A stretch of 64,000 nt of DNA. Source: Octopus vulgaris. Taxonomy: Eukaryota. Positions 1 through 10,474 of the stretch are shown here, piece by piece; position 1 is the stretch's first letter, and every line of letters starts with the position of its first letter. The position numbers were made by a program, and so were the translations under genes. The DNA is taken from assembly GCA_951406725.2 (NCBI GenBank), contig OX597819.1:248001-312000 (forward strand). The letters are read 5' to 3'. A model generated the notes under the pieces. It did not search any database, was not told the DNA's origin, and was given only the letters and a program-made list of their open reading frames with translations.

Positions 1-60
1 ATTGAAAATTGTGTAAAAATGCTCCATATATATGATTTTTTTATGCTTCTTTTTTTTTAG

Positions 61-99
61 GAACAGCTTGAGGTATTGGTGAACAGTCATGATGATTAA
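61..99 (+). CDS. Possible terminal coding exon of a gene entering from upstream (EQLEVLVNSHDD*)
   Basis: Strong polypyrimidine tract and AG (ttcttttttttttag) ending at 60, then an open frame to TAA at 97-99. There is no upstream context to confirm it. Confidence 0.35.
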   Translation, partial: EQLEVLVNSHDD

Positions 100-319
100 A
101 GTTGTGGTTGATAAAAGTTAACTGACACGGAGGACTGGAAGCCATCTGAATATTAGAAAATAGTTACCTGTTTTATTGATTTGTATCAAAATGCCAACAT
201 GATGACTGCTACTTAGTGCACTTAAAGGTTGTAAGATGTGATATGCATAGCTGCAACAGAGACTACAAATCATGGCCAACAAGAAGTGACACAGTAGATG
301 TTCTAACTGTATCTGCAGT

Positions 320-826
320 TCATCCTCACTTCTTTGAGGCTATGTGAAGCTACTGGAAACTGGGGGCAATCCCTGACTAGAAAGGGTTCCTGCCGAAAGG
401 CTATATATGTGGCAGCAGGATTCAGTTCCTTGCCCTATCTTCAGAAAGAATCAGAAGTGGTTGAAGAATTTCTATGACTTCATCAGCCCCATTTTCTGGC
501 CACCTAATACCCTGATTGTAATCCCATAAATTACTTTGTGGTGCAGTTGAGAAAGACACCAACTGCCTGCAACACCAAGGCCAAGCTGGCAGCCAAGATC
601 AAGGAAGTGCTTGAAGATTTTCCCAGAGACATAGTAAGGAATGTGTACATCAGGTTCCAGAGTCATCTTGAGGTACATAGTGGAAACTGAGGGCAGCTAC
701 TTTGAGTAAACTTATCTCCCAGCCATAATCTCACTGATACTTTTTGATTTCTTAAAACACCTTTATTTTTGGATGAGATATTGTATTTTCTTTTCCCTTA
801 ATGTAAAGTGTCAGACTCAGCCCTGT
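320..826 (+). mobile_element. Degenerate 3' part of a maT/DD37D (Tc1/mariner superfamily) transposon
   Basis: Frameshifted FWPPN.PDCNPINYF.GAVEKDTN-like segment at about 493-562, homologous to the DD37D element at 22430-23286. Confidence 0.7.
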
Positions 827-1799
827 GTGTGTGTGTACACACACACAAAATAGGTGCAAAGATGCTAGTATAAGTATACAACAGATGAACAGATTAGTAC
901 TAGGAAAATCCCAAACTCTTAAAATTCCAACTACCTAAGGGCAAAAATAATTCCATAGGACAATAGTTGACTATAAGAACTTGAGTAACTGAGTTTGTAA
1001 AAAAAAAAAAAAAAATTGGACAAACATACGTATGGCATTATATCATTTATATAATATACAAAGGAGGGTATATAAATGTAATCATAAGTATAACTAGTGA
1101 AGCAAACATATATTCCTAAGTAGTTGTTTAAAAAATTCAGGGACAGGTTGATGCAATAATGTGTATTGAGTAAACAGGTGTGCAGATTGATGTAGTAATC
1201 TACATCAAACAAGTAGAAATTATTATTGATACATAAATATGAAATCTCAATATATTCCAGCCAGAGGCTTAGAAGCACCAAATTTTTTCGTTCAGAAAGA
1301 GTGGCATGAGTGTGATTCTTCTAGTAGCAGATTGATATTTAAGAGCACCGAAACATCAATAAAAATATGTAAGGTGTGGAAGTAGCAAGGGTAAAGTACA
1401 AATAATGATATTAAAAAAGGTTGTGAGATCTAGAGGGATAAGAAGTAAGGAAAGTGAAGGAGAGGTAAATAAAGAAAAAAATATATGGAAAAACAAGAAA
1501 AAATGAAAGAACTAAAATTAGTTACAAACAATCAGACAAGTTGAAACATGTAATAAATCAAAGTGTAAGATACAGTGGAGATGGAATATCACCTGGCGTT
1601 CAATAAACAAACAATTTAGGCACCCCCTCCTCAATGAGACACAGATAACCTTTTGGTAGTCTTAATATTTTATAAGCATCCATGTGAGTAAAATATACTA
1701 GGCAGTAGCAGTGATAAAAAATCTAAATTGAACAATGAGAAACTATATATATTATACATACACATAAATACACACACACACAAATACATACAACCTCCA

Positions 1800-2640
1800 A
1801 GCAATGAGTTCCCCAGTGCCCAGCTCCACACAACCAGGTACTTTGAAATGCACTTGCTGATGATGCAACACCTATCCCTACATTAACAACACTACAGCCA
1901 CAGCTGGGCCTAAATCACAATATCACATTATAGCTTCTGTTGCACATCTTCCAGTATTATATATTGTATATGTATTGTAGTGCCCTTTATGTAGGAGAAG
2001 CTGGTCAAGGCCTTGCTGATCACTTTCAGGAATACATTTGAAGTATACTACTATGTATCCCTGGCCAACCTGTTGCCACCCACTTCAGCACAACAGGCTA
2101 TTCCATTACTCACTTATCAGCATGCAATATCACACACCATTGATCCACTTAAAAAAGGAAATGAAAGGCATGTTTCACATATTCAAACTTGGTACCATAT
2201 CACTGATAGCTGTAAATCAGTGGTTCCCAAAGTAGGCACTGACAAAAGTGCGGTGATAATGGTGTGGCCAAAAGGGAGTGATGGATGTAAAAACAATATA
2301 ATGGGTTAATTAGGTTAAGTTTTACTTGTAAAATACAGTTGTTTTGAATTTGCTACAGAAAGTGGACTATGTAGTGGTGAGGGGGAACGCTAGGAATGTG
2401 GCCTGAATGCCAAGGGAGCAAACAGCCCCAAAATGTTTGGGAACCACTGCTTTAATACATGTTTTTCCTTCTATTCCAATGAGCTTATTTCAGTAATCCT
2501 TCTCCTCTCACCTTTGCCTCCTTAAACACCTCAGCTTTACCTGCTTCTCTCCCTCATTCCATTTCTCTTTCCTTTTACCTCTCTCTCTCTAACTACTTCC
2601 TGTCCACACATCAAACCCACATAATCCAGTTACAATATAC
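1800..2640 (+). mobile_element. Penelope-like element relic (GIY-YIG endonuclease region), split by a hAT MITE
   Basis: Degenerate translation PGTLKC..CNTYPYIN...GPK...IIYCI.C..ALYVGEAGQGLADHFQE...PVATHFS...IFKLGT, typical of a PLE GIY-YIG domain with its Cys-rich linker. Confidence 0.75.
2218..2448. mobile_element. hAT (Charlie-like) MITE
   Basis: Terminal inverted repeats cagtggttcccaaa / tttgggaaccactg. The 8-bp flanks are only partly similar. Confidence 0.8.
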
Positions 2641-2649
2641 ATATATTTT

Positions 2650-2883
2650 ACCTTTTACTGTTTTCAGTCATTTGAATGTGGCTACATTGGGGACTTGGGC
2701 TTTAGATGAACAAATCAACCTCAGAGCTTATTTATTTTATGCCTTTTACTTATTCTATTGATCTCCTTTGCCAAACTGCTAAGTTACAGGGACATAAACA
2801 CACAAACACTGGTTGTCAAGCTTTGGTGGGGGACAATTGTTTACACACCCGTTTTCATCTTTTGTTTTCCTGCAAATTCTCAC

Positions 2884-2915
<32 letters not shown>

Positions 2916-3057
2916 TTTCTGCCTACCAAATCCACTCACAAGGCTTTGAATGCCTTCAGGATATAGAAAACTCTTGCCCAAGGAGATATGCAGTGGAATT
3001 GAACCCGGAACCATGTGGTTGGGAAACAAGCTTCTTACCACACAGCCACACCTGCAC
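2650..3057 (-). mobile_element. SINE family A (tRNA-derived, CORE-like; resembles octopus OR-type SINEs)
   Basis: Matches the other copies in the window, with a tRNA-like head at the right end and an internal (TA)/(CA) tract. Confidence 0.85.
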
Positions 3058-3183
3058 TTACGTTAATGTATATGATAAACTTATAGGGAAATACATAAGG
3101 ACCAACCGAAAGCCTTAACGTAGAACGTACTTCAACAGTACGAAATTAAGAAGCAAAGCATATAAAGTAAGAAAGAAAAATGA

Positions 3184-3279
3184 TCATAGAAGGGTGAAAA
3201 TATTTTTGACTTTACAATCTTCTTCAACAATAGTTAACTTGTCATAGAAGTCTATGTCAGTAATATGTGCTTCATAAAT
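3184..3279 (-). CDS. Gene 1 terminal exon (IYEAHITDIDFYDKLTIVEEDCKVKNIFTLL*)
   Basis: Acceptor cttttatattttgtgatag, phase 0, 96 nt, ending in TGA. Non-repetitive, protein-like composition. Confidence 0.75.
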   Translation of the reverse strand: MYEAHITDIDFYDKLTIVEEDCKVKNIFTLL

Positions 3280-4822
3280 CTATCACAAAATATAAAAGAT
3301 ATTGATTAGATAATCAATACACTAAAAAAAAGTTATTAAAAATTAAAATGAGAAAATAAAATTTCAAAGAAAATTGAAATGTTTTGCATATAATATTTCC
3401 AATAAGTAGGAACATACAAATACTAACATTATATACAAGAAAACTATAAATGGTGAAGTACATACTCTTAGATAATGATATTTAGACAATGAGATATAGT
3501 TTTTTCTTAAGAGTTTAATGGCTTGAGAAAGAAACTGGGTTTTTTTTGCAAGCAAATTTTGTCTGAAAATTACCCAGCCTTTTTTCATAAGAGACCTACT
3601 TTTTCATTTAATTGCTTCTACAAGTAAAATATTTCAAATAGTACAAAAAAGTTATTTTCAAGTTACAAAAACTGCATCAAGCTCTATTTCAATAAAAGCA
3701 AAAGTGGTACAACAGAGGTAATTGAAACAACTTGTTGCAACAACATTTTACTATCAGTTGTAAGTCAGGTTATATTTGAGAGAAAACCCATGAACAGATT
3801 TAGGACACAGAAACTATTTTTGATCACCATGATAATAGGTAGTATCAATAGATACGACTGTCAATTCAAAGAAACCTCACACTGAAAACACGAAAAGAAA
3901 AAAAGTAGTATCCAACATGCATAACTTTCTATACTATCATCTGAAATTAAATGAAAACTATATTTCAAAACAACTTGGACATTTTGAAGTACAAAAATAA
4001 CCTTAAGTCAGTATTTTTAGATTAATGCAGCCACATATCAGTTACTGTATTGACTTGAGACTACAAGATAAGTTTGTATTCTGTAGGGAGTGGGATTTTT
4101 TTTAAAATGCAAGATTTTCTCAGATTCTAGCATTTTTTTAATGAATGTATACATTACATCAAACTTATCTAGATATAGATGTGTGTGAACTATATGACAT
4201 ATTTATCTATTTTTACACCTGTTTTTCCCATTAGTGTTAGTTGGATGTTTATTAGTTACACTAGCTGACCATGTGCCATCAATAATGATGGCTGATTATA
4301 GTATTTTATTGTAAGGTACAAAATAAGGTACATAATAATCACACATAGAAACATTCACATATTTCCCTTGTATACACACACACAAACACACACATTACTC
4401 ACACAGAGTTGAAACATTGATTTTTTTAACCCACCTCCTTATTCATCTATCAACCTTCCTTTCTCTCACTCACTCTCAGTCAGGGCTATTACTCTCACTA
4501 CTTCTCCATCACTGAATTACTATTTTCTCTCCTCCTCTGGCATGATTCTGGACAAATATATATAAGTCATTATTTAATTAGAATAATGTCTTTAAAACAC
4601 CAATGATCCACTTCTCATTGTTAATTATTGCTCCATTTCTTATCATCTCTCTATATATCAAACCACTGTTTTACCTTTAAATTACCTACTACCATACACC
4701 TTATAACAAGGACCATACATACTGAGGTTATATACCAGGAGTGCCTATGGATACATCTATCCTGTAGATGGTTGCATAACCTCTAACTTATATCTTACAC
4801 AATATATATATATATATATATA

Positions 4823-5203
4823 TCTCTATATAAACGGCAGTTTGTCTGTCTGCGTGTCTGTGTGTCTGTTAGGTTGTACCCTCACCCTGACCACGGCTTT
4901 CAACCGATTCTGATGAAACTTGACACACACATAGCCCAATGTCATAGTTCAAAACTAACGCAGCGAAAATTTTGAAAAGTTCCCCCAGTTCTGAAAAAAT
5001 ATCGATAAATTCGACATGGGGTCGAGAATCAAAAACACAAACCACAGACTGTCTAGGGGACGCAACTCGACCTTTTTAACTCTCAAAAAAATTTACCATA
5101 ATTTTTTTTTCCATTTTTTTGCTATTTTTTGGCTATAACTCTCTAACAATTCTTTATAGTTATTTCCCTTACAAACCCGAGCAACGCTGGGCGATACTGC
5201 TAG
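4823..5203 (+). mobile_element. Non-autonomous Helitron
   Basis: 5' TC, 3' CTAG, inserted at A|T within (TA)n. GC-rich subterminal element ccgagcaacgctggg is shared with the copies at 48423 and 55079. Confidence 0.85.
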
Positions 5204-5244
5204 TATATATATATATATATACACACACACACATACACACACAT

Positions 5245-6217
5245 ATAGTATAGGACACTCAGTAAGTTGTCATAAGAAGACTCAGTTTCAAATGCTGGAG
5301 CTAAGCGCTACGATGCATCTTCATCAGCTATTTTGACAATAGACGCTAAAAAAAAAAAGCCGTTCAATAAGAGGGAAGTTACTGTCATCAACAGGAAAAA
5401 TTATAAAAGATAAAAAATATAAATTATAAAAAATACATGCAACCATATTCTCACAATACATATAAAACCTTCTACGTTTGTAAAGTCTACATACGCACAC
5501 ACTGACACAAACATATATATATATATATACCCATACACACACATATACGTACATTTACGTGCTCATAAACACATCTCTACACACCCATACATATATAAAT
5601 ATACACACACATACACGTATATATGTACATATGTATACAGATATACACATATATATACACTCTCCTATCAATACACAACTGCATATATACACAGACATAT
5701 ATACACATGCACACACATTTAATATGCATACATATACTCACACACGTATAGAATCATACAATTAAAAAAGGAAAACGTGAAAAAATATAAAAAATATATA
5801 TATAAAACAATAAAAAATGTTAAGACATATGGAAGGCTTGTACGAGAACAATAAAATAGCAGGTTCTATCCATGATCTTGGGGAGCCCAAAACCGTAGCA
5901 AGTATTTTGGATATATGTAGACATGATCCAAAAAGTTCAGTTCTTGAATTTAGACATGTAGTGGAATCTAAGGAACTTTTCCAGATGAGCCATCTTTCCA
6001 TATCACAAAGACCGCACTTACCACTGCCGTTGGTATGAGGTTTACACTTGGCCAAGATCTTCCAGTAAATCTGACAGCTGACACCTTGTTCATGTAAGAA
6101 CCGAATATGACTGGATAATTTGCTTGTTTTATATGGTTCTTAACAAGGTGTCAGCCATATATATATGTGTATGCGTGTGTGTGTATATTTATACATGTAT
6201 ATATATATTTATACATG

Positions 6218-6248
<31 letters not shown>

Positions 6249-6615
6249 ATGTGTGTGTATGTGTGTGTGTGCATGTAGAGATGTGTATGAACACATAAAT
6301 ACACATGTTTTGTGTGTGTATAGGCATATATATAAACATGTTTGTGAGTGTGTACGTATGTAGACTTCATGAATGCAAAAGGTTTTGTATGTTTTGTGAG
6401 AATATGGTTGCATGTATTTTTTACAATTTTAATTATTTTCTCATCTTTTATAATTTTTCCAGTCAGAGTAACTTTGCTTTTATTCAACGGATTTTTTTCA
6501 TAGTGTCTATTGTCAAAATAGCCAACGAAAATGCATCGTAGCTCATAGCTCCAGCATTTGAAACTCTGAGTCCTATTATGACAACTTACTGAGTGTCCAA
6601 TACTATACATATATA
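5245..6615 (-). mobile_element. Penelope-like element 3' end with inverted pLTR copies and hammerhead motifs
   Basis: ORF 5762-6055 (KCGLCDMERWLI...LNSRTELFGSCLH) matches a PLE endonuclease C-terminus. 5245-5500 is inversely repeated at about 6350-6615. Confidence 0.8.
5267..5339 (-). ncRNA. Type I minimal hammerhead ribozyme with intact core
   Basis: Minus strand reads ttgtcaaaatag-CTGATGA-agatgc...gcattt-GAAA-c-tga-GTC-ttcttatgacaa, giving stems I, II and III and a GUC triplet. Confidence 0.75.
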
Positions 6616-6907
6616 TAGTCCTCTATTTACCTAATATCAAGGTCTCATTCTTTTGTTGTCATTTTATTATTACTATAATTATTATTATTACTATTATTTA
6701 TAAATATATATATATATATACACACACACAAATATATAAAAACACTATGCTCATTATTATATTAGATGTGGATAGTCCTTATTCATGAAAGTAGTTGTGA
6801 TACAAACAAGTGATCAACAGGTAAGGAACAGTCCATATAGAGAACCGGTGTTGTTATATGACAAAATCTTATTGGGCCTGCAGGGTCTTATGTTACATTT
6901 ATATATT

Positions 6908-7273
6908 TTGCTTATTTCAGTCATTAGACTGTAGCTATGCTGGAGCATCACCTTGAAGAGTTTAGTGGAACAAGTTGATCCTAGTACTTTTTTTTTTAAG
7001 CTGGTACTCATCCTATCAGTCTCTTTTGCCCAATTGCAAGGTTAATGGGATGTAAACAAACCAACACCAACTGTCAAGTGGTGGGATGGGGGACAAACAC
7101 ACACACACACAATGAACTTCTTTCAGTTTCCATCTACCAAATCCACTAACAAGAGTTTGGCTGACCTGGGGTAATAATGGAAGACATTTGCTGAAGGTGC
7201 TACACAGTGGGACTCAACTTGGAACCATGTGGTTGGGAAGCAAAATCCTTACTACAGAACCACACCTGTGCCT
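6908..7273 (-). mobile_element. SINE family A
   Basis: Homologous to the other family A copies. Confidence 0.85.
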
Positions 7274-7781
7274 ACATAGTGAGTACTGAGGACAATTTAT
7301 ATAAAAATACCAGAAAGTTGAAGTAGAAGGGTATAGATTGGAGATTACTATTTTGAGGAAGTTGGGGTAAAAAACAAAAGGATAAGAAATAACAATAGCC
7401 AGAATTATGGGTTTCCATACATTAAATGGTAACATTTTGATTAAGGACCAATAGTTTGAAGTTTGCCAGAAAATAAAATCAAGATATTTTCCCTATGCTG
7501 AATTTATGAATTTATTGTATTAAAACAGTCAAAATGACAAGAATACAAAGAGTAAATCTGTAACAAATCTCAAATTGACCTATAAAACTATCATTAATCT
7601 TAACACTTTCTCACTCCATTTTGATTGACACTAAGCTTAATGATGAATTAATCCTTTCATAATGAGTTAGTGAGATTAACTTGGAACTAAGGGAAGGAAT
7701 ATACAGTTAGGCTCCAACAAAATATGAAAAAAAAAAAAAAAAAAAAAAATCGAACTTAATCGATTATTCTTTATGACTTAC

Positions 7782-7850
7782 TTCAATAAAGTATACTGTG
7801 AAGACATCTAACGTGTTACCAATTCCATCAATGTGAAGAAATTGCCCCAA
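7782..7850 (-). CDS. Gene 1 exon (LGQFLHIDGIGNTLDVFTVYFIE)
   Basis: tttcag acceptor, consensus gtaagt donor, 69 nt, phase 0-0, open frame. Confidence 0.85.
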
Positions 7851-8222
7851 CTGAAATGTTTCTATTTTTTAAAAGAATTTCTGTGTTGGAAAATTGTTCC
7901 ACTAACTTGTTATAAAAACCATTGCTTTAATATTACTTTACCATACTGCTAAGGGGTCAACAATTTTGCATGATCACATTTTCATGGCCAATATGTTTAA
8001 TATTTGTAAAATTCTGTTCAACAACCTCAACCACTGGTGTTATTGTCTCAAATTCATTCTTTTTATATAGCATGTACTATTCTTTCATAATCTATGTCAA
8101 TAGCAATACAATCATCGATAGCATAAAATAGCCAATGTCTTCTCATACCCAGTCTGTCTGGTGTGCGTGTGTTCTTCATAAAAATTCTATTATACCAGAC
8201 CTCAATTATGTTCTATATATAC

Positions 8223-8253
8223 CTTAGAAATATAAATGAAATCTCGGCTATTC
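8223..8253 (-). CDS. Gene 1 micro-exon ((L)NSRDFIYISK)
   Basis: cttttatctcag acceptor, aag|gtatat donor, 31 nt. Phase 2->0 links the flanking exons exactly. Confidence 0.8.
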
Positions 8254-8471
8254 CTGAGATAAAAGAAGCTTGGAAATATTTTGATATTGGTGTAGGATTT
8301 ATATATTGTCACTTCTAGTCACTTCCACTCAGCTAACATTATAGCACTGATAGATTCAGAATGCATCCTTATTTTTAGCAAGATCAGAAAGGCTCGACTT
8401 TTTCTCCCCTCCCTCACAGTTGCACAACTTAAAAAAGGGTGAGGGTGGAGGAATAACTAAGTTTACATTAC

Positions 8472-8609
8472 AGATTGTATTGTTTAACTTCTTCTCTTCC
8501 ACTAAGTTGATCAGTTAAACTACGACCAGAAACTGAATGAAGAAAAACTGGTTTGTCTAAATTAAATGCACTTTCAATGTAATCTTCAACTGACTTGGCC
8601 TCTACATTT
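8472..8609 (-). CDS. Gene 1 exon (NVEAKSVEDYIESAFNLDKPVFLHSVSGRSLTDQLSGREEVKQYN)
   Basis: 138-nt open frame with AG acceptor and gtaatg donor, phase 2-2. Confidence 0.8.
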
Positions 8610-8774
8610 CTTTAACACCAAAAGTAGAAATAAATAACGTACACATTTTGTTTATTACGTTAGTATTCATTAATGTAATACAGACGTGAACCTTATTTTA
8701 TTTTTTAATGAAACATAAGAAAGGTTGTCAACACTTCAAATAAAATCTTAATTTTTACTCTTTCTCTAAACACA

Positions 8775-9082
8775 GACTTGGCTGTGTGGTAAGAAGCTTG
8801 CTTCCCAACCACATGGTTCCAGGTTCAGTCCCTCCGCGTGGCATCTTGGGCAGGTGTCTTTTAGTATAACCTAGAGCCAACCAAAGTCTTGCAAGTGGAT
8901 TTCGTAGATGGAAACTGAAAGAAGCCAGTTGTGCATGTGTGTGTGTATAAAGAACCGATAGAATAAGTACTAGGCTTACAAAGAACAAGTCTTGGGGTTG
9001 ATTTCTTTGATTAAAAACCCTTAAAGGTGGTGCTCCAGTATGGCCACAGTCAAGTGACTGAAACAAGTAAAAGAATAAAAGA
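8775..9082 (+). mobile_element. SINE family A
   Basis: Head tggctgtgtggtaag...ggttcagtccc followed by the family A body. Confidence 0.85.
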
Positions 9083-9449
9083 AACTAGTAAACTTCACAT
9101 GCATGTGTCTAGCATAAAATTAATTCAAAATATGAATTCAAATAGACAAAATTCAGTGATATTGATATTTGATGTTAAATAAGGATAAAGTTTTCACTAA
9201 AATCAAATGGGTTTTTTTTTTCCAAAATTATTAATTCAAATCCTGCTAAAATCACTAGCTTTCACCTCCAATCAAGCAGCATGGTAAATACAGTCAATTA
9301 CCCCACACCACTCTAAAATTTGTGAGCAAAGTCACTAAGTAAATCTGAATCTGCCAATACTAGAAGCAGTGGAGTATCTCATCTCGCTCACCTTAACTCA
9401 CAAATGTTTCTCATTGATTAAAAGGCAATAAATAAAAATCAAGCCTAAT

Positions 9450-9666
9450 ATTGGTTTCAAATCTTGGCACAAGGCCAGCAACTTCAGGGTTGGGGATAAG
9501 TCAATTACATCAACCCCAGTGTGTAACTGGTATTTACTGTATCAACCCTGAAAGGATGAACAGCTAAGTTGACCTTGGTGGAATTTGAACTCAGAACGTA
9601 AAGACAGATGAAATGCCACTAAACATTTTGCCTGGCATGCTAACAATGCTGCTAACTCACTGCCTT
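9450..9666 (-). mobile_element. SINE family C (tRNA head plus Nin-like domain)
   Basis: Minus strand has a ggcagtgagttagcag head and a ttcatcctttcagggttgat segment like the Nin central domain. Homologous to 19073-19289. Confidence 0.75.
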
Positions 9667-9924
9667 AATCAGATGTAATATTAGAAATACAGTATCCCTG
9701 ATGTCATACCTAAATTTTTAAATGCTACTTTCTGAAAACTGTCTCACCATGTTTTAAGCTCACTATATACTTCCAATCCTTAAAAAGCTATGGCGATAAA
9801 AGAGGGCAACAAAATATTGTAATTTAATAGCATTAAAAAAAAAATATATTAATCAAAAACACAGAAATGGAATGCTTTAATTAAATATTTTCCTCTTCAG
9901 ACAAAATTCATACATTTTTTATAC

Positions 9925-9960
9925 CTTAGAAAATTCCTTCTAAGCAACAAACATTTTGTT
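9925..9960 (-). CDS. Gene 1 micro-exon (TKCLLLRRNFL(R))
   Basis: ttctaacttcag acceptor, aag|gtataa donor, 36 nt, phase 2-2. Confidence 0.7.
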
Positions 9961-10339
9961 CTGAAGTTAGAAATTAATGCAGCAGCAATTTAAATTAATT
10001 AATCCGTGGAAAACGGATGCTAAACGATGATGATGTAAGGATATAATACTAATATAAGTGACAATCATTTTCTGTTTAAGTAAAATTATCTGCAATGATA
10101 AAATTTGTATGTAGTTTCTAAAAAAAACATCAGTATAAAACTGATAATTATAATTTTGTGGAAAGAAAGGAAATTAATTTTAAAAAATATTCGGATTTGT
10201 GCAATTTATAAAACTAAACCAATATCAAATTATTTCCAAGCCGCTCTTGTTCTTGGAATAGCTAAGTGAGTAAAATTTTGCAATAATGATGACTAAATTA
10301 TAGAATGTAATTGAGGATGGTATGATAGAATTTCTGTGA

Positions 10340-10474
10340 AGTGGTTGCTGTTAGGAAGGGTATCCAGTTGTAAAAACCATGCCAAAACATACAGTGAAGC
10401 ATGGTGCAGTCTTCGACCTAGCCACCTCTTGTTAAACCATCCAACAATTGCCAGCATGGAAAGCGGACATTAAA
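10340..10474 (+). mobile_element. SINE family B 3' fragment
   Basis: gttaggaagggtatccag...gccagcatggaaagcggacattaaa tail shared with the other family B copies. Confidence 0.7.

Noticed and set aside
3861-3881. Strong minus-strand acceptor followed by CEVSLN*
   Set aside because: It could be an alternative last exon, but six codons give no independent support, and 3184-3279 is the better terminal exon.
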